Source of the DNA: Amoeboaphelidium protococcarum X5
Taxonomy: Eukaryota; Fungi; Aphelidiomycota
Reading direction: 5' to 3'
NCBI GenBank assembly: GCA_023515725.1
Contig: JALDTO010000266.1
Coordinates: 318,707 to 382,706, forward strand
DNA length: 64,000 nt
Shown in pieces: positions 13,208-25,877 of the stretch (positions are counted from its first letter, which is position 1; every line of letters begins with the position of its first letter). The notes under the pieces were generated by a model that saw nothing but the letters and a program-made list of their open reading frames with translations, was not told the origin of the DNA and did not search any database. Position numbers and translations under genes: made by a program.

Positions 13208-13749
13208 TCAAAGTACGTTTTAATACATTTACTTTTGAGTGGCTTCGAAGTCAATACGCTTCTATTTCAAGTTGCGAGCAGCAGATATAATAGACTTGTC
13301 TCCTGGCACCAACTACACTCACGTCATAAAGTTAATGGCATCTTAAAACTTTGCAATTGCGATAGAGAATATCTCAAACATCCTACCTAGAGAGCCTTGT
13401 CGAGATAGTGTTATGATTCGTCAAAGTTTCCCAATTTCATCGCGACGATACCCAACCGATACAGGGACTTGACATGATTAGGATCAAGCTCTAGGACGAG
13501 TTTACAATTGACCTCAGCATCTGACCATTCACCCAACTTGATATACGTAGCAGCGAGATTAGAACGAATTGAAATGAGAAGAGATCGATCCTGCTCTGAA
13601 TGGAGATTGAGCTTAGCCAGTGCTTGAATGTAGTGACATACAGCATCGTGATAGTTTTACGAATCGAACGCTTTATTCCCACATTTCTTCAGGTCTAATG
13701 AATCTAATTTATTATCTTCAAAAACTTTGGTAGATTCGCTTGACTGCAT
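13208..13749 (-). CDS. Small three-TPR protein resembling the TPR/C-terminal part of Cyp40/FKBP co-chaperones; one probable intron (~13314-13387)
   Basis: LKKCGNKAFDSQNYHDAVCHYIQAL, SNLAATYIKL, VLELDPNHVKSLYRLG; after a GT-AG intron LVPGDKSI...QKQMYQNVL-TGA. Confidence 0.7.
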
Positions 13750-13821
13750 TAGTATTGCGAGTTAGTATTCGCTTGTTTTAATAACCAGGTCAGATGAAAG
13801 CAAATCTTAAAGAGAAATAAG

Positions 13822-14729
13822 ATGAAGACGATTTGGTCCTCATCGCTTCATGTCGTCAATTCTCGAGATATTTCATTCAAACCACTTTCAGTCTAGAGCG
13901 CATAGTCTAGTTCATAGTCCATGTGAGTTTTACGCCCTCAAACTTAGTATTGATAAAGCCAAAGCCAATGAGGACAAGTTCGTCCTCAAACGCTGAAGGT
14001 TGATCAAAATGAGGACAAGTTCGTCCTCATCGCTGCTCCTTGAATGCGCAATCAAGACATATCGCTCAAACTACTCTCTGTCTGCGGTGAATAGTGTAGT
14101 TGATAGTCTGTATAATTTTTACGCGATCAAATTCAGTCTGAGAGACGCTGTATTGAATGAGGGAGGACAACATGTCTGCAAATCGGATCGTGTGTTGATT
14201 GTCATAAAGTTGCATTAAGCGATTGGCATGAAGATGGCAAAGCGCCTCCTAGATTGAAGCAGAGTAGGCGCGACGCGTGTATAAATATTGAAAATCATGA
14301 GCGGATAGACTTTATTCGAATGGTTATCTCAAACTTTATTAAAGTCCATTGCGTCTTTCTAACATTAATCAACTCGCAGACAGATTGTCCTCATTGCCGC
14401 AGTAAATCAGTTTTTGCGCTAGAGCATTCGAACTACTTTCAATCTATGGCGAATTATGTATTCCATGGTCGCTTCAAGTTTTGCGCCGTCTTACCGAGTT
14501 TTGGTGAGGTTAAGTCGAATGAGGACAGGTTCGTCCTCAAAACGTGTGATCGGATCAACATGAGGACAAGTTCGTCCTCATTGCTGCTTGCTGAATGAAT
14601 AATCAAAGATCTCGCGCTCCGACTATACTCAATTTGTAGCGAATAGTCTAGTTCATAGTCCATAGCACTTTTGCGCCGTCAAACGTAGTTTTGGTGAAGC
14701 TAAGTAGAATGAGGACACCTTGTCCGCAA
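13822..14729. repeat. Intergenic array of four ~165-187-bp related units, each bounded by the palindrome ATGAGGAC-N6-GTCCTCAT
   Basis: Palindrome copies at 13822, 13968, 14009, ~14157 (degenerate), ~14373 (degenerate), 14519, 14560 and 14709 (degenerate). Internal 21-mer ATAGTCTAGTTCATAGTCCAT is identical at 13902 and 14643. Confidence 0.9.
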
Positions 14730-14885
14730 ACGGTCAGTATTTAGATCAGCAAATGTTTGCGACGAGTCTGAACTACCAAACTCGACATTGTTTAAACATG
14801 TTGAGTTCAAAGTACAAATATAAAAACATTTCAATGTTATAACTTAAAGTTTAATTTAATAGTGGATCACATAATAAACAAGCTT

Positions 14886-17800
14886 TCAAGCACGCCGCAC
14901 ATTTCTGTTCATGCTGGCTAAGGCAACACGTCTCAATTATTCAGCATCTCGCGCTTACTTTGACGACTAGGCCTAAGATTACTGGGATGATGACTATAGG
15001 CTCTGTGAGTGACTAGGCCCAGTTCTCGGCCCTGCGGATGAAGTTGCAGGCCCCCGCGTATCTTGACGCCCACGATAGTCTCCAGAATAGCGTCGCTAGT
15101 TGGCATAATCGTCGCGATAGTCACCTGCTCTCCCTCTACCACCACCACTTTGATCATCGTATCTGGATGAGCGTTGAGATTCCCTTGAAGCTGTCAAAGG
15201 TTGCTAATGGTGCGAGCGCGAGGATGAATCGAGCCTTGACGCTGAGCTTCGTTATTCATAACCACGTTATGCCTAATGGTAGCGCTAATGTTCATCTTTA
15301 GATCGTTATGAACGGCTATAATATTCTCCACGCCCATAACTACCAGAGTGAACCGATGTATATTATTGCTCAGGCAGCCGTCTTCTTTTGCCATCATCGT
15401 ATGATTTAGAGTCCTCCACATGCACTCTCTTCTAACGATTATCATCAGCTTTTAGGCTTCTACTACGTTCACTGGTACTACTAGCTCCACGGTATGGCGA
15501 TTTCTCTCTAGAAATGCTACTACTACTACTACTACTCGCACTAGCTTAAGGAGTTGACTCTTTACGAGCGGTTTACCTCAGAGAAGCCGTAACTGAGTGA
15601 GGTTGCTCGGGCGTAGGACTAACATTCCATCCGGAGCGTCCGGTATCGAGTTTTAACGACATATCAGGCCGCAATTAAGATGGCGATCTAGAACGACTTT
15701 TCATCGAAGGAGACTTGACTGAGAAGGGTGCTTGACTTTACCCATCTTGTATCTCAACTTCTTAAGTTTCCTTAGCGCTTTTATCGTCAGCAATTGCTCC
15801 ATCTTCAACGTCATTATTCGCATTATTCGTTAATTCCTCTTAAAGCATAGGCTCTTCAGAATCTTAAGATTCGCTAACTCCTTATTGACCCCACCCGGAC
15901 ACGTCAGTTGTATCCATCATTATAGACGCTTCATCTCTCATCTCATTGAGTACCGTCACATTGCCTTCTTCATACTCGCCCTCTTCAAAATCTATAGCTT
16001 CTTCTTAAGGATCATTTACAATATCAGTCACCTATATATTCTCCAATTCCATTTATTAAGTCTAAGAAGACTCTTGGGATTGTTGATCCTCATAAAACTG
16101 TCGAGATTGATCTTCTCCTAATACCATAGAACTTTCAACTTCTTCATTTTCAATTTTACTATCATCTTCATCGATATCCTCCTCAATATCGCTACGAGAT
16201 CCAACAGAACCAGATGAAATCGACAAACTCATAGAAGATCCGTCTAGATATAAAGCCACCTGACGTTTGTCAACTTCCACCTTGATCCATTACTATTTAT
16301 TGCGACCCAGCACGGCAAGGTATCTAGTCAGTAGAACTTTCAAGTCATCACGATTCTCTGCAGCTAACGCCCGGCTGACTCTCTACTCCAGATTACTACC
16401 AATGAGCTAAAATAGAGGGTAGACATCTTTCATCTTATCCAGCATGATGATACAATTCCGGATGCTGGTGTAACAAGTAGACTCAAGACTGGCCACGACA
16501 GCCAATCTGACACGCTTGAAGAATGTCTGTACAACGTACTAAAAGTCCTGATACTTTAATGAAGTCTCTTCATCAGGCAATTGGCGATTCAGTTCAGCAT
16601 CAGAGCTCCATTTCTATTTAAATCCGTGATGAAACTGAGCCTGCCCTTTGTACTTATCTTCGTCTTAATACCAGGTGGCCAACTTTGACAGAATATCGTT
16701 CAAGAATATACCCATATTAGCAGCCTCCATCTAGGAACATGAAAAGAAGCATATCTGTAAATCATGCACAATTTTGTCAACAACAGTCAGGTGAGAGAAT
16801 AGAGGAGCATCTACGTAGAGCAATAGCCAGAAGAATCTTGCCGCAAACAGAGCATCCAATGGCGACAGAAGAGCTCTTGAGCGAAAACAGTAATGGTATG
16901 CCTAGGTGCCTATATCATTCCTATTATCCAAATGAATAAACAATTGAGTGGCGACTGCTTTCAAGTTTTACACCACATTGCGTACCTCAGATTAACGATT
17001 ATATAACTCGCTTTGCAACGAATCAGCAATACCAAGTTTACCAGGCTCATTCTGATATTTACCAATCTGCTCTGCATACAACTCTGCGCAGTCATTAATC
17101 ATACCAAGATCTAAAGACCAGAACAGTCTGTAGAACAATTCATTACAAAGAGGCAACTACTCACAACGACTACTACAAATCACATCTGGAAGAGCCTGCA
17201 ACTGCAAGACCAAACTACTTGAATAGCTACTACCTGCATCAGCAGTCAACACATTGCGAAGTTGCTTTGACAAGGTACCACGATATACGTGCCAAATATC
17301 AGCATCCTGTACATTGAGCTCCAAAAGTCTATCTATAGATGGCACAATATTCAGTAATTCACCATCCTCTACAATATTACACGTCAAAAAGTGCACCAAA
17401 AACAACAATGTAAGCTGCGTCTGATCATGTACAGAACTAATTAGCTTGACGTGCTTGTTATTACCATTTATGTCAAAGGATGGAATAGTTTTCACCACCA
17501 GAATACATTCAAGCAGGGAAGCGGCCAGATTCTATTTAGTCAACGCAGCGAGTAAGCGATCAGCGGCGATAGCTATTCTCCTAGGACTTATTTCTGATTG
17601 TAATTGCAAAAGTTGTGACTTCAACATGGGGCCACAACTCATAGCCTCAAGTTACTGCATACTACCATTTTCTAATAGAATCGCATCCCCCACTACCAGA
17701 GACAGAATGTCCTTGAGGATTACCAAATCCACCACCTAGTCAGCAATCATCTACTTCAATACATACTACAGCAGACCAGTGAAATCAACATCGCACTTAA

Positions 17801-19538
17801 TAATGAGATTACTAGTCAATGATGATAAAGAGCTGAGCCAACTTGACACGTTCATACCGTCATCTTTAATTCTGGATCCACCACTAGCGAGTTTGGAAAC
17901 TATACAGTACATTAGAGTATCATAAGTCAAACTGGTCATATAAGCAAACGAGTCAACCATTGGCTATATCATGTTCTCATACACCTGTAATTGGTCGAGA
18001 ACGACATCAAATACTAGCAGTGGATTACAACTGCTTAGTTTCGCCAACTACCTCCCAAATTACCTCACATTGTCTTTACTTATTCTCCTCATAATCTTCT
18101 TGGTCTCTTGCACCACATCATCTTTCACGGCGGATAGTTTAGGTGACGCGTCGTACTTGGCCATCCAGTCACCGTACAGAGTGTATCTGACACTATATGA
18201 CATTTCGCAGAATATATTCCATATTTCACTGCTAGTAACACCAGGAGAGTCTTCATTCACACATAGTCCAGGTAAGAGACATTCTGATATGACGCGGAGC
18301 CAAAGTTTCCTATTACCAACGACAGAGTCTTTCATTCCAACAGCAGCCAGTTTGGAAAGCATTTGACATAATACTGAATTACAGCCAATAGATTCCTTCA
18401 AAATATTAAGTAATGGGAACACTTGTTTAATCAAAGTATCCATATCTTACACTATCATTAAAGGTTATTAGCTAGCGGACTACTTGTTGAGGGAATTTAC
18501 ACCAACTAGGCGCGGCAACACACAACACGATTGATAGAGTGGACGGATAACGTTTACCAAGCAATAGCAGAACTCTTTCACCACGGCGGGAGAATATCGA
18601 ACCAGATCTGGAAACTCATTCAAGATTATCAAAGCCGATTATATATCACCAACTTTAAACAACTGAATACACAATCGAAACTTCGTCAACTCACTCCTCT
18701 GATCAATGTCATTATTATTATCCGTAGTAGCGGAATCATCTGCACTGAATTCAAAGTCATCTTTTACTGGCGACAGATAACCGTAAAAATCTTCCATACT
18801 CATCAATCTGCCTTTAATAAGATATGCAGCCACAGCGAGAGTCAATTCGCCACCACCTTCGTGTCTGAGTTTAAACGCCATATGTGTACTCAGAGCTCTA
18901 CTAAAAGATTCCAGTTCCGATCTATTGCTCCAATGACTAATAAGAGATATATACAGCTCATTCTACTGCAGATTATTGCCAAATGCATCCAACACTAGAC
19001 TTAGCGTTCTATTCGGATCTAGGTTGAACTGACCAATTAAAGTCTCAATCTAAGGGAAGATATTGTTGTGCTCCGCAGCAACTTTACCAGAAAGAGTTTA
19101 TACACTAGCATTCTCGACATCAACATTATATCGACTAAGAAGAGTTAGTAATTTCGAGTATCCTTCAGACTCTTCACACAACAAGTTGAACTTCTCCTAC
19201 TTGTAGAAGAGACGCGTGCTGATCTTCACCGCCTTCCTGTGAAAAGCCTTGGCATCCACCAGATTCAGGTCCGCCAGTAAATCACCATCCAACTGTTATA
19301 GTAGCAGCTGTATGTCAACAAGCTTCTGCTCAAGTAAATGATTAATCAAAGTGATTACATTCTATCGACCGCGATCAATGTCATATTAGATTTACGCCAT
19401 GTGGAGCAACAATAGTAGGTCATCTTGTGGTAAGTCGCGATAATTCACCTCATCAACATTAAATTAATCAGAATTCAGTTTACTTATCCAACTTTGAATT
19501 AAGATTTGCTTGTCATCTTGAGCATTTAAATGTTCCAT
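14886..19538 (-). CDS. THO2: THO complex subunit 2
   Basis: 1551-codon frame; KISTRLFYK(TAG)EKFNLLCEESEGYSKL, LIGQFNLDPNRT, KKIMRRISKDNVR, RIKDDGMNVSSWLSSLS; charged low-complexity C-terminus. Confidence 0.95.
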
Positions 19539-19707
19539 AACTTTACGATTAATGAATATGAGCCTGTTCAATTAAATTTTGGTAAATTTCTGTAGAAGAT
19601 AGAAGCGTGTCGGTAGTTGATCTCAACTTTCAACTGACTATTAACACCACAGTAGACCACAACTCTAAAAAAGATGAGAGATAATATGAGAGATAATATT
19701 AAAATAA

Positions 19708-21996
19708 TCAATTCTATTTAGAAGTCTTTTCGCTGAACTTCTTAATCAGTTCCTCTTGCTCCTATCTAGTTACCGGCCAGTGGTTCTTGTATTCCATCTG
19801 GAACTCGCCTTTTCCCTGGGTGGCGGATCTGAGATCAGTCACGTATCCAAACATCTAGCTCAGAGGAACATCCGCGGATAGATTGACATATCCATCCACA
19901 ACTTCGCTGTCGTTAATAACACCTCTTCGCCTGTTCAGATGCGTCATCACATTGGACTGAAACTCTTGAGGTGCAGACACACTGACACTCATGATAGGCT
20001 CTAGAATCTGCGGACCAGCTTCATTGTAAATCTGTCTCATTGCACCAGTGGCAGCCAATCTGAATGCCAAATCACTAGAGTCTACGCTGTGAGCTGCACC
20101 ATCCTCAAGCACAAATCTGATTCCAGATACCGGATGTCCAATCAATCTTCCCTTCTCACACGCCTCCAGGAAACCTTTCTCTACTGACGGAACGTACTGG
20201 CTAGGCATATTCAATCCGACCGTGACATCTTCAAACACATTGGTCATATTAGCAGCTAATTTACTCGTTTTACCACCGCTAGTCTCAGACTGCTAGGAAC
20301 TCTCAGCTGACTATACAGATTCACCCTCTTCATCTACCAGCGGTTCAATATAGCCAATGATTCTACCAAATTGACCAGCACCACCACTCTACTTCTTATG
20401 GGTGTAGTTAAACGGAACTTTCTGCGTTATAGTTTCCCGATACGCAACTTGAGGACGTCCAGTCACGCAATCGACGCCATACTCACGCTTCAGACGTTCA
20501 ACATAGATTTCCAGGTGCAACTCACCCATACCACTGATGATTGTCTCTTTAGATTCCTTATCCAGGTGAACTCTGAAAGTTGGATCTTCTTTAGTGAATT
20601 TATTCAGAGCTTTTGCAAAATTGGGATTCTCCTTCTTTGGTTTAATCGCGTAAGATACGACAGGTGCAGGCACAAACATACTCGACATGGACCAGTTCAA
20701 TGTACCATCAGTAAATGAATCACCAGAGGCGCATTCAACACCAAAGATGGCACCAATCTCACCAGCGGGCAACTCATCAACTTCTTCCATCTCATCACTG
20801 TGCATACGTACCAACTTTGACAACTTGACTTTCTTACCCGTGCGAGTATTAACCAACTACATCCCCTTCCTAAGAACGCCTTGATATATACGCATATAAG
20901 TCAGCTATCCAAACTTGGTATCCTCCAGCTTAAACGCTAATGATACCATACTCTAAATCCTGTCCGGAACCAATGTAACTTCCGACTCATTACTATCGAT
21001 ATCAACACCTTTATTGACCTTTTCAGCTGGATTAGGCAAGTAATCAATCACCGCATTCAGAAGAGGCTACACAGACTTGTTCTTGAATGCTGATCCTAGC
21101 AAGATTGGAGTAAACTTCAGGCTGATCGTTGCTCTCCTAATCGCAGCTTTCAACTACTCCACCGATGGCTCCACTTCTTCAATAAATAAATCGGCAATCT
21201 CATCATCGCACTCTGCCAGTGAGGCAATGAGTTCAGCTCTCTTCTCCATGGCCATTTCCTTCAAATCATCAGGAATGTCAGCGACGCGCAAAGTCTCACC
21301 ATTACTGCCGTCATTGTGCACAGCCTTCATCTGCACGAGATCTACAACACCGGCGAATGCTTCCTCAGCCCCGATAGGTATCTGAGTAAGAGCACACATC
21401 ATTCCATTGGCGTGGAATAGCTTCTTTCTCATCATGTCAACCACTCGATACGGATTAGCTCCCATGCGATCCATCTTATTGATGAATGTGATTCTAGGAA
21501 CATTGTACCTTCTCATCTAACGATCCACAGTCTAAGTTTATGACTAAACACCACCAACACTACACAGCACTAGAATCGCGCCATCCAGAACGCGTAAAGC
21601 ACGCTCCACCTCTATGGTGAAATCAACGTGTCCCGGAGTATCAATGATATTCAAGCTATTACCATTCCATCTGGCATACGTGGCAGCACTCTAGATAGTG
21701 ATACCTTTCTCTCGCTCGAGGTCCATGCTATCCATTTTGGCGCCCACTCCATCTTTGCCTTTCACGTCATGGATGGCCGAGATACGACCAGTGTAGTAGA
21801 GAATACGCTCAGTCAGCGTAGTCTTTCCTGAATCGATATGCGCGGATATACCGATATTTCTAAGCTTTGATAATCTAAACAGTTCATCGGCAGATGGTTT
21901 ATCACGAGCAAGTGATTGTTCTACCACAGATTTTTATGCTGTAGCAGCAGACGCGAACCGTCTCCAGATCTTGATAGTCAATGATGTTTTCAGCAT
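19708..21996 (-). CDS. MEF1: Mitochondrial elongation factor G1
   Basis: Presequence-like start; [28 protein letters not shown](TAG)[32 protein letters not shown](TAG)SGGAGQF; 763 codons. Confidence 0.97.
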
Positions 21997-22093
21997 TTTT
22001 GTTGATCAGTCAAACGAGAAGGAAACTACAGTACAGTATTAAGGCGAAAGAGGTGAAGACAGTAAAGAGAATAAAGAGCATATTAAACGAAAT

Positions 22094-23812
22094 TCATTTT
22101 CTAGTAATCATATCAGTCAACTTCTTTTGCTTCTTGCTTTTACTGCTAGTAGTAGATGATTAGGATGCTTATGATCTTTTCTATCCGCTGACACTACTTG
22201 ATGCGGTTTAATCAGCGGTCGTCTCAAAGTCATTTGAATGTTCATCTTTCGAACCACCGAGCAGAGTTACATCTTTCTGGTCACCCATGATATGCAAGGC
22301 GTAAGCCTACTTCATCTTGTCAATATTCTCCTTTCTCACAATATCATGATCAACAATCGGACGCGGATAATCTACACCAATAATACAACCAGCTTTCTTC
22401 TGCATCTCTTTCGGCATCTTCCACGGCTGATAGATGAAATTCAACGGGACATTCTTCAATACGGGCAAGTATCGTTTGATATACACACCTTCCTTATCAT
22501 ACTGCTGACCAAAACTGATCGGGCTATAAATTCTAAAGTACTGATGAAAGAAGGCTGATGCTGATAGCCACATCCAATTACCAGCATTCAAGGCGTAATC
22601 AGCGTCCAACAGAAGTTCCTCAAAAACCTCAACACCCCGCTCCCAACTCACGTATAGATCGCCTCTAGTCAGAAAACATGCCACTGAATGTCTGGCCAGG
22701 TGGTGGATCCATCCTTCCTAACGTAGCTAAGTCATAATCGCATCAATCCACGGATAGCCAGTCTTTGCATCGCGCCACGCTTCAAACAACTCCTTCTCCT
22801 TCAAATCAACTGGTTAATCTGGTCTGTACTTCCATGGTATTTATAAGCACACCGGATTCCCCATCATTTTGTGAAAATTTGGATTCACAGAGCTGGCAGT
22901 GTAAAAGAATTCACGCCAGAACAGCTGTCCAAGCAGAGATACTGGCGGCTTAGTGTAGTTTTTACGCTATTTACACACAGCCATCAAGTCATGGTAAAAC
23001 TTACGCGATGAGAGACACCCAAACTTCAAATATGGGCTCAAAACTGTGGTAGATGCAGGTTTAAAAGCAGCAGGACTAGTTTTGGGCTTTTCAAAAGTCA
23101 CAACTTTATCGACCTAGGCCAAAAACTACTCCAGTCTATAGAGGGCCTCCTATTCGCCACCCTTATGCCTGCGTACTTTCTCCTCATCAGATAGTTCAGC
23201 GCCAATTAATTCACTCAGACTTGGAGGCATAAATTCATTCTACTTGTCCATGCCAGGAATTTAGTTTAATGCCTTAGATACTACCTCATCAGACAATTAA
23301 GTAAGAGATTCAATAGCATCAGCGCACTTTCCAACCTCAATTCGCGACACTATATCCGTGAAAGATCTATAAGTGAGCGGAGCCTTGCCTTTATTCATAT
23401 CTACCACCTGCTTGGTATCAAAGAGCGTGTGCCCAACATTTCGATGCACAAATACTTTGTTCTATTGAGCCAATTTCTCAATGTCAGCATCACGTTCCAC
23501 GGCATAAGGCTCAGTGTCCACTTCAAAGTACAGCGATTGAAACTGCTGGGATTCAAACAGGCGAGTAAATGTATCATGCGGATTTCCTCTAATCACATAA
23601 AGCCTACTACCAAGTGCTCTCAGTAACCTGTCCAAATCCAGAAGCGACTCTTGCAAGAATATCCATCTGTTTCTTCCAACTCTGGCGTGTTTTACAAAAT
23701 ATGGATCCAGTATGAACAATGGAAGGACGCCCGAACCATCCTTGGCTGCCTAAAGAAGTCCTTCATTATCGTGTATACGAAGCGCTTTCCTAAACCAATA
23801 TATTGATACCAT
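22094..23812 (-). CDS. (6-4) photolyase / animal-type cryptochrome
   Basis: [82 protein letters not shown]; 573 codons. Confidence 0.93.
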
Positions 23813-24203
23813 AATTATAACAATATTCCTTAAATTTTAAAGCTCTTTCTTGACTGATATAATTGTTAGAAGAGCGAGCACTATTAATGATGACGTATTG
23901 TGCGCGTTTCACAATTTTTCACCTACCACTGCATTACCAAGGAGGCCTTGAGCTAGAGCGGAAAGTCAGTCTAACGCAAATCGCGCGCTCCATTAAGCTG
24001 CTTTTGGAGTTGAAACAAAAACAAACAAACAAATAACTATGGCGCTGAATATGATGATCAAACAATCAATCTTAAATCTATCCAAGATACCTGCCTACCA
24101 TTAAAGCTTGTTTCTATCCCTCTATCTCACCATCTGTATATTTTGTAATTTTATAATTGTTTCACCGCTTAAACAATAGAAATCACTATTTTGAATTCGT
24201 ATC

Positions 24204-24895
24204 ATGAACAGCAAGGATAAGAAAATATCTAGGATTGATAGATGCTTGCCACGGAATTGCTGTTGCTGCATTTCATTAAGAACTGGCATTCTGACTGTCA
24301 TTGTCTTGAACAGCGTAAGTTTTAATTTATCATTACTGTTTTGAACTATTACACTGCTAGTGAATGTAGATTGTCTAAATAGTGCTTTTGGCAAGCTTTT
24401 ACAAGTATCAATTCACTTTGGGCGGTTTAGTTTGGATGGCTATCATCAGTGCCGTATCATTGGCAATTTATATTCTTGGTTTCATCGGAATTGTGAATTA
24501 GAAGAGGTTCCTACTTCGCATATTCACCTACTGGTACTCTATCATTGAACTCGGATTAACAATAGCCAATATTGTGTTGCTACCAGCTTTTCTAAATATG
24601 GGTGAGGCTGTGGATGCATGCTCAAAACAGTTGAACTAAACGGCCATTGTTAGAACACCTGACGAGATAAACTCAATCTGCGTCACAGCCACTAACACGT
24701 CAATTGCTTTTGGCATTTTAATTCCAACAATCTGGAAGTTTTACATCTCTGCCGTTGTCTGGAGTAAGTTTGTATTTTTGTTTTAAATAGTCGATAATTA
24801 ACCGCGTATTGTAAATAAATGTAGGTTATTGGAAGCAAATCAAGAATAATAGAACGGACACGGAAGGTATACCCCTTGGTGCTTCTGCTATTTGA
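24204..24895 (+). CDS. Small four-transmembrane protein with Cys-rich N-terminus; introns 24315-24369 and 24764-24824
   Basis: RNCCCCISLRTGILTVIVL followed by three more hydrophobic segments; two GTAAGT...TAG introns give a continuous frame to TGA. Confidence 0.7.
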
Positions 24896-25205
24896 CACTG
24901 ATGATGGCCTTTTGTGAATAAGTATGACTGTACTCTATATGATTAAATATAAAAATCTTGATTAAGATCGCGACCACAATTTTTAACTTTATCAATTGAC
25001 GACATATAGAACTCTTGACAACTGATCATAATAAGAGATTCGTTACCAAGAGCTCGTGACTAAAATTCGAGAAGAGAATTTTTGAGCTTTTCTTTCGATT
25101 TCGATCGCTCTCTCTTTTCCTTCATTTAGGACTTTTCGGCGCTGAGAATTTTAATTTTCTACAGAATCTGAGTAAAAGATATACACAAATACATTAGCAT
25201 TAGAT

Positions 25206-25727
25206 ATGCCTAGAAGAAATCGCGCTGCCCCTTCACGCTCTGCATCATCATCGTCCTCATCTAGACCATCTGCTTTTGCATCTAGCGATAGTCGTAGAGA
25301 GAATAGAAAGCCTGCTCAGTAGACTCCTGCACCGGCACAGAATGCTCAGCCGCCAATGATGTAATCTACTCCAATGTCCCAGCCGGCGCCATATCAGTAG
25401 CCTTAGTAGCCAAGTCTGCTTGGACAGGTAGCTTCTACTGCTGCCGGTGTTGCTATTGGACACTCTGTGGGACATGCTATCACTGGAATGTTTAGCGGTG
25501 GCTCTAGAGAGGCGGCACCTGTGGACAATTATTAGTAGTAATAGTAGCAACAGTAACAGCCTACCACCACTCAAAGCTCTTATGCAGTGGATGCATGTGA
25601 GGGTGATAACAAGGCCCTGCTCAAGTGTCTGGAATAGCATCCTAATGATATCGGAACGTGCCAAATGTACTTTGACATGCTCAACGAGTGCCGTAGATCT
25701 GTTCAGGATAATGTTCGCTTTGCTTGA
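25206..25727 (+). CDS. MIX17: CHCHD2/CHCHD10 (Mix17)-family mitochondrial intermembrane-space protein
   Basis: MPRR start, [28 protein letters not shown], twin CX9C motifs; 174 codons. Confidence 0.93.
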
Positions 25728-25877
25728 GGTTAATGTGCGATGAACGTCAACAATTAATTCGGTGACATGGACAGTGAGCGATCAACGCCTTACTATGAAT
25801 AAAATCTTTATTATATATACAGTTGCTAAATTCTCAATTTTCCGTCATCAATTATGCAAACAATCATATCATTCATG

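Noticed and set aside
14000-14663. ORFs 14000..14218, 14254..14598 and 14454..14663, and a CRISPR reading of the palindrome array
   Set aside because: The ORFs merely cross the repeat units. The sequences between palindromes are mutually homologous and ~125 bp long, unlike spacers.
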